A stretch of DNA of 64,000 bases from a candidate division WOR-3 bacterium (GTDB taxonomy: Bacteria; Hydrothermota; Tepidihabitantia; Tepidihabitantales; Tepidihabitantaceae), in assembly GCA_965649295.1 (NCBI GenBank), contig CBFGKH010000001.1, forward strand, positions 96,001 through 160,000, read 5' to 3'. Positions 21,420-30,229 of this stretch are shown piece by piece (the first letter of the stretch is position 1; the number at the start of each line of letters is the position of its first letter). Under the pieces are notes generated by a model that saw only the letters and a program-made list of their open reading frames with translations, ran no database searches and was not told the DNA's origin. Both the position numbers and the translations under genes were made by a program.

Positions 21420-22307
21420 TCAGACCTCCTTTGCGAGCCAGCGCTCGCGCCGCTGCCGGAGGGCACGCAGATATGAGTATGGCACAGTCACCTGCCCAAG
21501 GTAAATCCGGCCGTGCTTGCGGCCGCCATGACAGTCACTGCCGCCGGTCATGACTAGCCCATTCTTCTGAGCAATCTCCCGCAGATGGTCGCTCTCCTTG
21601 TCAGTGTGGTCAGGGTGCCAGACCTCGATGCCATCGGCTCCCGCCGCAATCACCGAGTAAAGAGCGGCCTCGTTTTCATAGGTCCCCGGGTGCGCAACCA
21701 CCGCGACGCCGCTGTGCCGATGAATGAAATCAACCGCCGCGCTGGGCGTGAGCTGCATCTTCGGGAAATATGCTGGCCCGTCGTAACCGATGAAGCGACT
21801 AAACGCCTCATCGGTCGAGCTGACCGCCCCAATCTCAACCAGTGCCGAAGCCACATGCGGCCGACCGATCGCTGCGTTGCCAGCCAGTTGTTCGACCCTG
21901 GCCATCCGGACAGCAATGCCCAGCTCGTTCAGCTTGGCAACCATCTTCTCGGCCCGTTCCCGCCGATGGTCACGCACTAGCCCTAAGAACTCTTGCACTG
22001 CGCTCGCACCATAATCAATGTAATAGCCAAGCACATGGACATCAGTTCCATTCGTCGTGCAGCTCAGCTCGACCCCGGGCACAACCTCGACTCCGAGTCG
22101 ACGACCGGCCGCAACCGCCCGTTCGACGCCGTCCATCGCATCGTGGTCAGTGATGCCAACTGCTGCCAGGTTCAGTCGCTTTGCCTCGGCCACCAGCTCC
22201 TCTGGTGAGAACAGTCCGTCCGAAAATGTCGTGTGGGCATGCAAGTCGCACCGGCCGTCCTCAAGCCGCGGCGTCGGCTCATCACGCCGCCGACCGCTAA
22301 CTGCCAT
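21420..22307 (-). CDS. PHP-domain phosphoesterase (TrpH/YciV-like)
   Basis: DLHAHTTFSDG, ITDHD, GVELS, HVLGY, GRPH, AHP, GGSDCHG. Confidence 0.9.
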   Translation of the reverse strand: MAVSGRRRDEPTPRLEDGRCDLHAHTTFSDGLFSPEELVAEAKRLNLAAVGITDHDAMDGVERAVAAGRRLGVEVVPGVELSCTTNGTDVHVLGYYIDYGASAVQEFLGLVRDHRRERAEKMVAKLNELGIAVRMARVEQLAGNAAIGRPHVASALVEIGAVSSTDEAFSRFIGYDGPAYFPKMQLTPSAAVDFIHRHSGVAVVAHPGTYENEAALYSVIAAGADGIEVWHPDHTDKESDHLREIAQKNGLVMTGGSDCHGGRKHGRIYLGQVTVPYSYLRALRQRRERWLAKEV

Positions 22308-22352
22308 CGGCAGTCTCCATCACTCTCGTCGCCAGATGCGCTAACATCACTA

Positions 22353-23867
22353 CTACCCCATCCGCTTGGCCACAACCGCCAGATAGTGACTGACCAACCT
22401 ATCGCATTCCGCCGCGAGTTCATCAAGCAGCTCGCGCTTCTCCTGCACCCACTTCTCGTCCAGAATGCCACCAAGGTTGATAAGCACATTGAGCCGCGCA
22501 CCCTTGAAACAGGTATCGAGATTGAGCGCAGCCACGCCCGCGTCAGAAATCGAGTTCTTGTTGCCGTATTCAACAACCGGCTTGGCCAGCCGCAGTACTT
22601 CCAGAGCCAGCGACAGCGTTCGGAATGGAACTTCGGCGGCTGCCTTCAGGGCCTCACTCACTGCCCGGTTCCGTTCCTGCCTATCCGCCTCGGTCATCTT
22701 TGGCAGCTTATACGCTGCCATCACCTTCTTGAACGACTCTGCATCCTCATCAACCAACGCAAGAAAACGCTCGCGCAACGGCAGCAGGCTGTCCCGGACG
22801 CCTTTCAGTTCATCCTCGAACTCCTCATAACCCTTCTTCCCCACAGTCAGATTGGCCACCATCGTCAACAGAGCAGTTCCCAAGGCGCCGTTCAGGGCAG
22901 CACACGATCCTCCACCCGGCACCGGCGCTGACGATGCAAGGTCATTGAGAAAGTCAGGCAGGCCCTTGGCCGGCACCAGCCAGTTCTCAAGAATCTGGTC
23001 GCGTTTGAAAGAGTTGAGCTGCAGATAGTAGCGCGCGCAGGCATTGAGCGCTCCCTGCGGGACCAGCCCGACGATCTCTGACTCAAGCACGGTTACACCC
23101 CAGCGCTGAGCCTCGCGGCGCACCGTCTCAAAGACCCGGTATAGCGGTGTCTTGGTGTAATCGGTCATATTGATTGAAACCTGGACACAGCCCTTCTCTT
23201 TCACCGCAAAACCGAGCGCTTTGACGTAACGGAACCCGCCATCGCGGAACCGGATTGCCTTGGCAATCCGTTCTGCAACCTTCACATCGGTTGTTGCCAG
23301 ATTAATATTGAACGCAATCAACGGCGCGCGCACACCGACCACCGTTGCGCCCGCTGTTGGATGCAGCTCGGGCCGGCCAAAGTCCGGAGCCCGATCGGGA
23401 TCGGTTCGGATTGCCTCGCGCAACCCCTCAAACTCGCCTTTGCGGATAACCGCGAGATCGGTACGGTCTGGCCGGGTTGCGGCTAACTCGTAGAGATAGG
23501 TCGGAATTGACAACTCGTCGGCAATCTTCTTGGCCAGCCGTTTGGCCAACTCGATGCACTCCTCCTGCGTCACGCCCGAGATCGGCACAAATGGCACGAC
23601 ATCAGTTGCACCAATCCGCGGATGCTCACCCTGATGCTTGTTCAGGTCAATCAGCTCAGCCGCGGTCTTCACTGCCTTGAACGCCGCCTCAAAAACTGCC
23701 TCTGGCTCGCCCACAAACGAGAGCACTGCTCGGTTGTGGTCCTTGTCCATCTCCTGATCCAACATCGAGACGCCATTCACACTCTTGATAACGTTGACAA
23801 TCTTCTCGATGATTTCGGGCCGTCGGCCTTCACTGAAGTTGGGGACGCACTCGACTATCTTCCGCAT
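22353..23867 (-). CDS. ftcD: Bifunctional glutamate formiminotransferase / formiminotetrahydrofolate cyclodeaminase
   Basis: ECVPNFSEGR, DHNR, H.GEHPR.GA.DV.PFVP; C-terminal PVPGGGS..A and GN.NSISDAGVA. Confidence 0.93.
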   Translation of the reverse strand: MRKIVECVPNFSEGRRPEIIEKIVNVIKSVNGVSMLDQEMDKDHNRAVLSFVGEPEAVFEAAFKAVKTAAELIDLNKHQGEHPRIGATDVVPFVPISGVTQEECIELAKRLAKKIADELSIPTYLYELAATRPDRTDLAVIRKGEFEGLREAIRTDPDRAPDFGRPELHPTAGATVVGVRAPLIAFNINLATTDVKVAERIAKAIRFRDGGFRYVKALGFAVKEKGCVQVSINMTDYTKTPLYRVFETVRREAQRWGVTVLESEIVGLVPQGALNACARYYLQLNSFKRDQILENWLVPAKGLPDFLNDLASSAPVPGGGSCAALNGALGTALLTMVANLTVGKKGYEEFEDELKGVRDSLLPLRERFLALVDEDAESFKKVMAAYKLPKMTEADRQERNRAVSEALKAAAEVPFRTLSLALEVLRLAKPVVEYGNKNSISDAGVAALNLDTCFKGARLNVLINLGGILDEKWVQEKRELLDELAAECDRLVSHYLAVVAKRMG

Positions 23868-24040
23868 GACGAAAAGGCTCCTTTCAAAATGAAATGATTA
23901 CCCGGCAGGTACAGCTCAGTATCTTAGCCGGGCCACGCACCAAGTCAAACAAGCTATCCGCAGTCAGCAGTTCAGAATGTAAGACACTAGCAGAGATGAC
24001 ATTCCAAGCTGTCAGACCCAACATCACCCCCGCCCTTACA

Positions 24041-24402
24041 ACAAGTAACGATGGGACAAACAGTTAGGCCTTCGCTTCGATTCTCGCCCGCCCACCCCCT
24101 GGGCTGTCCCGGGAGTAGTCTCCTTGTCTGCGAGCGATACCGCTTGCGACAATACCTTGACTACTGCCCGCCGATAAGCTCGTAACGCTCTTTGGAGTTG
24201 AATCCGCAAGACCGTCGCCCATGCAGTGAGCAGAGGTATTCCCGGTCAGCTACGCCATATCCTCTCCAGTTGACTTGTAGCCATTGCTAGGTAACTGGCT
24301 TCGTAACCTCCTATCGCCCACGCTGCCAGGTAGATTTCGATCGCTGTCCTGGTCCAGGTTTAGGAGAAAGCCCTTGCCCGTATTCTGACAGAGCCTCTGT
24401 AG
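24041..24402 (+). repeat. Dispersed element copy B: 27-bp head, CCCGGG box, degenerate 12-bp tandem units
   Basis: Head ACAAG-N17-GTTAG at 24041-24067; CCCCTGGG/CCCGGG at 24096-24113; units such as ccgcttgcgaca, aagctcgtaacg, ctctttggagtt, tcctctccagtt, acgctgccaggt. Confidence 0.6.
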
Positions 24403-27400
24403 CTAGCGAGCTACGACTATCTTCTTTACCGTTCGATCGCTGCTAGCGGCTGAGCCGCGCAGGAAATAGACCCCAGGGCTGAAACTGCTCAAATCATTCC
24501 TGCCCGGCTGCACTTCCAGAATCTTCCTGCCTGATGCATCGAGCAATATGGCATCAGCCTCCAAGTCGGCAGTGACGGCCTGCCAGTCAATGTACCCGCG
24601 CACCAACGTCGCTGTCGGCAGAAGCTCACGGACAATGGGCAGTGACCGTTCGGCAACCGCCACCGCTGGTGGTCCGCCGCCAGTCACCCGCACGTCATCA
24701 ATGTAGAATCCTTCACCGACCGTGTCTCGGTCGCTACGAAAGACTAGTTGCACTTGAATCGTCTCCCCCAACCCCAGCCACGACAGGTCATAGCGCTCCT
24801 CTGCCCAGCCACTCTGGATACCAAGGACCCCTTCTCCCAGAGCCCCGCCCGTCCCGACAAAATCGAGTGTGTCAGCCCGACCAGAATGAAGCACGATTGT
24901 ATAGATGCCATCTACTCCGTAGTTCGGCACTGAAAACCACCGCCAGTATGAGAGCGAGCAGTTCTGGTTCACGATGAGCGGCACCGAGGTCAGCGCTGCG
25001 TTCATATTGTTAGCATACTGCCGGGTAGCCTCACTGCCGCAGTACCACGACCAGCCCCCCGAATGGGCACGGTAATTAGAGTGATGCCACATGTCACCCT
25101 GGCCGCCATGAGTCCAGAGACTCGTACCCTGCTCCATATCGTCAAAGAACCCGCTCGGCCCAACTAGCACCGGCAATCGGTACTCATCAACCGTCGTATC
25201 CGCAGCGACATGCAGTTCGAGATTGGCAAGATACGAAGCTGGACAATCAGGCAGCGCCCGGAGCGAAATGCTCTCTGGGCTCGTACTGGTTGTGCGCGGG
25301 CCAATCTCGCCGAACCAGAGTGTCTCACCACCGACCTGAACCAAGCTGTCCACGCCCACTGCCCATGCCCGGACGTTATGAGCAATGCCGTTGCCCCGGT
25401 TACGCAGTTGAACTCGCAGATGACTTGTTCTCCCGGGATGAAGGGGTGCCACAAGCCAGTGCCGCTCTGGTCCCAGTATGCCACCCCTAACCAGTAGCGG
25501 TACGGAAAAGACCTGGCTGGCGCTAGCAGTCTGCGCTGAAACTTCCAGTCGCACCAGCTCGCCATCAGCAAGGCACCAGTCCAGGACAAGCCTAAATGCA
25601 CCGGCGACAAGAACCGAATCACCCGGCCCCAGCCCAGGATGGGCTGCCACCGAATCAAGCAATGTTACACCGGCTGAACCCACCCGCAGCCTCAACTCGA
25701 CTGGACCCGAGGCCAGTCCTCCCTGATTCGTCAGCCAAAGCCCCAGTTCGAGCGTCTCGCCAGGATTGGCAAGGCCATCGCCATTGCCCAAGGCATCATC
25801 AACAGCCCAGCCGCCAAAACCCAGCCGCTGGGCTGCTCGGCAATCAATCTGCCGCACAACTGGCCGACAGTTGTCAGCGGTGACGGTTAGAGTGAACTCA
25901 CCATCACTCACCGGCGTAGCCGTGAGCCAGACCTGACCACTGGGGTCAGTGCGGCCCCGGCTGTAGGACTCACCCGGCTTCAACAGGCAGACCAGCGCGT
26001 TTTCAACCGGCCGACCTTCGTGCTCGACGCTGATAAGATAGCGACCATGCCTACGCGGAATCAGGTCTGGCCCCCGCACCAGCAGCGTCTCCGGCTGAGC
26101 TGACCAGACGAGTAGTTCAGGATCGCCCATCAGATTGATACAATACTGGTGCCAGCGATAGACATTTCGGTCGTGTGAAAACGGCACGTAGTATGCCTTG
26201 GCCCGGTTTAGGGCGTCGCCAAGCCGACGATAGCCCTCGCGCGTGACAGCGTGCCAGAACCGGTTGTCGAACTTATCGGAATACCCGAAATCAGGATTGC
26301 CTGGCGAACCCCAGCCATAGGATGAGTTGCCGATAGTTGCCACTGTGCCGCCGTTTGGGTTCGTGACAAACGCCTCGCCGATACTCTGGTAGTCGAAGGC
26401 CGTGGTCCAGCAACCGATCGAATATAGCACACCCCAGCCGCTGTTGGTAATCGTGTCGGCATCGGCAGTGACTAGCCGATTACCGCCACCGCCACAACTC
26501 ATCACGTCAATCCAGCCGTGGCCGTCGTGGTTGAGAAAGTTCTGGTTCTGCCTGATTGCAGCCATCACCGCCTCGCGGGTCTCATTACCGAGGCTCTGAT
26601 ACAGCTTGGTCACCTCGTAGCCAGGCCCAAACGAGCGCTGTTCTAGCCGGTTCTTGTGCACGCCCTGATCAGTGTATGGATTCTGCCAGAGAATCTCAGC
26701 AAAGAAGAGCGCTCGCTGTTGATAACCGCTGGTCTGACACTGTTCGTAATCTAGCACCTTGCGCACAAACGCCTGGGCCTGAATCGCATTGTTCACCGGC
26801 GCCCGGCCTACCGCAATGTCCGCATAGAGATCAACCCCATCGTCAGTCTCGCCAAACACGCTGTTACCGTTCGCGTCCCAATCGCCCTGCAGGTCGGCAA
26901 AGTAGAGGTCGCACGGCAACGAGTCTTCCCGTTGCATCGCGCCCCACTCGCAGCTCATCGCGAACGCCTTACGGAAAGGAATCACGCCGACATCTCCACC
27001 CAGTAGCACATAACGCACGCCCGAATCCGGCAAAGTCTTGAGATAGTTGCGCAACCTCTCAGCATCGTCTCGGCCCGGGTAATTAGCTGTCACCCAGCCG
27101 ATGTTGCGCACTGCTGCCCGCACCCCTTTCTGGGTCTTCCATTGGGCCAGCCGTTCGAAGACTGAATCGAGTCCGGCACCGGTCACAATAACATAGTCAA
27201 GCTCGGCCGTGGGCAGCACCGGTCGCTGCGACAGCCGCTCGTATGTCACCTCCACCTTGATGCGCGGACAGTACTCCAGTCGCTGCCTCGCGCCAACAAA
27301 TCTCACTGGATAGAGTAGCAACTGCACGAGCGTGCTATCCGGGCTCACGCTTGTCCCGGTCCAGCGACCTGGCAGCGAAGGATGAGTAGTCGAATAGCAG

Positions 27401-27744
27401 GCAGCATTGGGAGAGGTGAACCAGTCGCGCAGCCGCTGATCGGCCAGCACGTGCTGCTCCTGCGCCGGATAGGGCGTGACCGCGGCTGCTAGCTCTTGCC
27501 AGTCGGCCGCATCAATCAAAACACGACTCGCCCGACATTCCCCCGGCAGGGCCAGAACCGCCGGTACCACTGGCAGTTGCGGCGCCCCCGGGTCATCAGT
27601 AACTTCCTGGTCAACCCCCAGCACGAGCACAAAACGCCCAGCCTGTTCCAGTTTGAAGCGGCTCGATTCGAACTCAAACTCTCGCACAAGCTGGGCCCCG
27701 GCTGCCAAACCAAAGAACGTTGCCAGCAGCACCACTCGTTTCAT
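24403..27744 (-). CDS. Second secreted C25 (gingipain-like) peptidase with Ig, MAM/immune-inhibitor-like and T9SS-type C-terminal domains
   Basis: YVLLGGD, PCDLYF, VGRAP, NHDGHG, SIGC, NSSYGWG, NLMGDPEL; HSG..SWYCG, G.GFYIDDV; SPGVYFL. Confidence 0.88.
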   Translation of the reverse strand: MKRVVLLATFFGLAAGAQLVREFEFESSRFKLEQAGRFVLVLGVDQEVTDDPGAPQLPVVPAVLALPGECRASRVLIDAADWQELAAAVTPYPAQEQHVLADQRLRDWFTSPNAACYSTTHPSLPGRWTGTSVSPDSTLVQLLLYPVRFVGARQRLEYCPRIKVEVTYERLSQRPVLPTAELDYVIVTGAGLDSVFERLAQWKTQKGVRAAVRNIGWVTANYPGRDDAERLRNYLKTLPDSGVRYVLLGGDVGVIPFRKAFAMSCEWGAMQREDSLPCDLYFADLQGDWDANGNSVFGETDDGVDLYADIAVGRAPVNNAIQAQAFVRKVLDYEQCQTSGYQQRALFFAEILWQNPYTDQGVHKNRLEQRSFGPGYEVTKLYQSLGNETREAVMAAIRQNQNFLNHDGHGWIDVMSCGGGGNRLVTADADTITNSGWGVLYSIGCWTTAFDYQSIGEAFVTNPNGGTVATIGNSSYGWGSPGNPDFGYSDKFDNRFWHAVTREGYRRLGDALNRAKAYYVPFSHDRNVYRWHQYCINLMGDPELLVWSAQPETLLVRGPDLIPRRHGRYLISVEHEGRPVENALVCLLKPGESYSRGRTDPSGQVWLTATPVSDGEFTLTVTADNCRPVVRQIDCRAAQRLGFGGWAVDDALGNGDGLANPGETLELGLWLTNQGGLASGPVELRLRVGSAGVTLLDSVAAHPGLGPGDSVLVAGAFRLVLDWCLADGELVRLEVSAQTASASQVFSVPLLVRGGILGPERHWLVAPLHPGRTSHLRVQLRNRGNGIAHNVRAWAVGVDSLVQVGGETLWFGEIGPRTTSTSPESISLRALPDCPASYLANLELHVAADTTVDEYRLPVLVGPSGFFDDMEQGTSLWTHGGQGDMWHHSNYRAHSGGWSWYCGSEATRQYANNMNAALTSVPLIVNQNCSLSYWRWFSVPNYGVDGIYTIVLHSGRADTLDFVGTGGALGEGVLGIQSGWAEERYDLSWLGLGETIQVQLVFRSDRDTVGEGFYIDDVRVTGGGPPAVAVAERSLPIVRELLPTATLVRGYIDWQAVTADLEADAILLDASGRKILEVQPGRNDLSSFSPGVYFLRGSAASSDRTVKKIVVAR

Positions 27745-27819
27745 TGTTGGAGAATCGTTCGGTAGGTAATGATCTTTTCCACCGCGGTCAGAGACTGTTC
27801 GAATACGACTAACAAACCG

Positions 27820-29028
27820 CTAGGACTGCCGCTCGTAAACGATACGACCATGTCTGATTGTCATCCGAACCGGGTTATGGCCAAGCCGATAGGCCAAATG
27901 ACGATAATCTGGAACATCGGTCACGACGATATCTGCAAGCCGTCCTGGTTCGATAGTGCCGGCATCGAGCCGCAGGGCCTTGGCCGCGTTCACAGTAATG
28001 CCCCGTAATGCCTCGGTTACGCTGAGGCCATAGTAGATGCAAGCATACTGGGCTGCCAATGGCTGTGCGAGCAGCGGGCACGAACCAGGATTGAAATCAG
28101 TGGCCACTGCCATCACAATCCCCAGTTCCCGCATTCGGGCCACTGGCGAGCGATGCTGCTCCCGTAGAAAAAAAGAAGTGCCCGGCAACAGCACTGCCAC
28201 TACTCCCACATCAGCCATTGCCTCAAGCCCGTTGTCGGATGGCTGCAGCAGATGGCTGGCCGAGACTGCCCTGACCTTTGCCGCCACCAAAGCTCCGCCA
28301 GAAGACTCGATCTCATCGGCGTGAACTGTTGGCAGCAACCCATGCTCCTTGCCAGCCATAAGAATCGCCTCACTCTCGCTGGCATTGAAGACGAAATTCT
28401 CACAGAAGACATCACAGAATCGAGCAATACCCTGCTCCTTCACTGCCGGCAGCATCTCCTCAATCAGCAGCCTGATGTAATCCGCTTTGGCCACACCCTT
28501 GGGCACACTGTGTGCACCAAGAAAGGTTGGGACGACCGTAACAAGACCGGTCTCGCCCAAGCGCTGAGCAACCCGCAACATCTTCAACTCAGTAGCGGTA
28601 TCAAGACCATAGCCAGACTTGACTTCCACCGCAGTCGTGCCCCAGCTTACCATTTCCTCCAACCGAGCCAGTGCCGTGGCATACAACTCATCTTCAGTCG
28701 CTGCCCTTGTGGCTTGGACTGTAGAAAGGATACCACCACCAGCCTCAGCAATCTCCTTGTAGGTTCTGCCGCCAAGCCGCATCTCGAACTCATCCGCTCG
28801 CCAGCCACCGAACACCAGGTGTGTGTGAGGGTCAACGAATCCGGGAAGAACAACACCGCCTTGACAGTCAATCACCCGCTCCCCCGGCTCGCGTTCGAGC
28901 GCAGCCCCGACCGCTACTATCCGGCCACCAGCTACCCGGACATCACCCTGTTCCACCAAACCCAGGCCATCGCCAGTCATCGTCAGAACCTGAGCACAAT
29001 TGGTCAGTAGGAAACTCTCATCGCTCAC
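27820..29028 (-). CDS. hutI: Imidazolonepropionase
   Basis: PGFVDPHTHLVFGG, GGGI..TV, EVKSGYGL, DVFCE, HADE, ATDFNPGS; GTG 29028 lies 6 nt after TATAGT. Confidence 0.94.
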   Translation of the reverse strand: MSDESFLLTNCAQVLTMTGDGLGLVEQGDVRVAGGRIVAVGAALEREPGERVIDCQGGVVLPGFVDPHTHLVFGGWRADEFEMRLGGRTYKEIAEAGGGILSTVQATRAATEDELYATALARLEEMVSWGTTAVEVKSGYGLDTATELKMLRVAQRLGETGLVTVVPTFLGAHSVPKGVAKADYIRLLIEEMLPAVKEQGIARFCDVFCENFVFNASESEAILMAGKEHGLLPTVHADEIESSGGALVAAKVRAVSASHLLQPSDNGLEAMADVGVVAVLLPGTSFFLREQHRSPVARMRELGIVMAVATDFNPGSCPLLAQPLAAQYACIYYGLSVTEALRGITVNAAKALRLDAGTIEPGRLADIVVTDVPDYRHLAYRLGHNPVRMTIRHGRIVYERQS

Positions 29029-29124
29029 AGAAAGACTATATCCCAGCACCAAGTCACTGCAAGGCCTGACAACGCTCTGCTCAGAGCTTGCATCTCGGGA
29101 TGTTTAGTGCTTCAATCTACTGCT

Positions 29125-30159
29125 GTGCTTGCCTATCGCATCACCAGTCCGGCACCTGCTGAGCAACGTCGGCTGACTGCGACCGAACTGCCTGTGCCCG
29201 AACCTGGGCCTGGTGAGATACGTGTCCGCGTCGAAGCCTGTGGCGTCTGTCACACCGACCTCCATGAACTCGAGGGCGACATTACGCTCCCCAAGCTACC
29301 GGTCACTCCTGGCCACGAAATAGTCGGGGTTGTAGATAGGCTCGGCCCAAGCGTCAGTGCACCAGCGCTCGGCACGCGCGTCGGGATTCCCTGGCTTGCA
29401 TCAACCTGCGGCGGGTGCCGTTTCTGCCGTTCCGGTCGCGAGAACCTCTGCCCTACAGCACAGTTCACTGGCCTGCACACTGACGGTGGCTACGCCGAAT
29501 TCACCGTCGCCCGGGCCGACTTCGTCTATCCCCTACCAACCGGGATCGCACCAGCCCAGGCTGCGCCGTTGCTCTGCGCCGGCGTCATTGGCTTCCGCGC
29601 TCTTCGCCTTGCCCTTGCCGCCTTCCTGCCTCGATCCGGTCAACCGACCATTCCGCCGGCCCTTCCCGTTCGCCTCGGCCTCTACGGCTTTGGCGCCTCG
29701 GCCCACATCTGCTTGCAGATTGCCCGCTACTGGGGCTGCGACATCGCCGTCTTCACCCGTTCCCCGAACCATCAGCAACTCGCCCGTGAGCTTGGGGCCA
29801 ACTGGGTCAGCACCGCTGCCGAACCGCCACCCAGGCCACTCGATGCCAGCATCATCTTCGCACCGGCTGGCGAACTTGTACCAGTCGCGCTGAACCATCT
29901 TGACCGTGGCGGCACTCTGGCGCTAGCCGGTATTCACATGACCACCATTCCGGCAATCGAATACAGCCAGCTCTACTTCGAGCGCGAACTCCGTTCCGTC
30001 GCCAACAGCACCCGTCAGGATGCCCATGACCTACTGGCGCTGGCTGCCGCCATTCCCATCCAAAGCACAGTCGAAGAGTATCCGCTCACCAAAGCACCCG
30101 ACGCCCTGCTGGCCCTCAAGAGAAGTCACCTTCGAGCCGCCGCTGTGCTCCGACCCTAA
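29125..30159 (+). CDS. Zinc-dependent alcohol dehydrogenase family protein
   Basis: CGVCHTD, GHE, C..C..C.......C, LLCAG, YGFGAS. Confidence 0.9.
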   Translation: MLAYRITSPAPAEQRRLTATELPVPEPGPGEIRVRVEACGVCHTDLHELEGDITLPKLPVTPGHEIVGVVDRLGPSVSAPALGTRVGIPWLASTCGGCRFCRSGRENLCPTAQFTGLHTDGGYAEFTVARADFVYPLPTGIAPAQAAPLLCAGVIGFRALRLALAAFLPRSGQPTIPPALPVRLGLYGFGASAHICLQIARYWGCDIAVFTRSPNHQQLARELGANWVSTAAEPPPRPLDASIIFAPAGELVPVALNHLDRGGTLALAGIHMTTIPAIEYSQLYFERELRSVANSTRQDAHDLLALAAAIPIQSTVEEYPLTKAPDALLALKRSHLRAAAVLRP

Positions 30160-30229
30160 TCACCTCCCCCTCGTTTGGCCGGTGCTATTTGACCGCAGAA
30201 CATCAGCCAATAGAGTGTCTAATCATTGT

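Noticed and set aside
27745..27819. GCGGTGGAAAAGATCATTACC (minus strand) resembling an SSU rRNA 3' end
   Set aside because: Short chance similarity with no surrounding rRNA sequence
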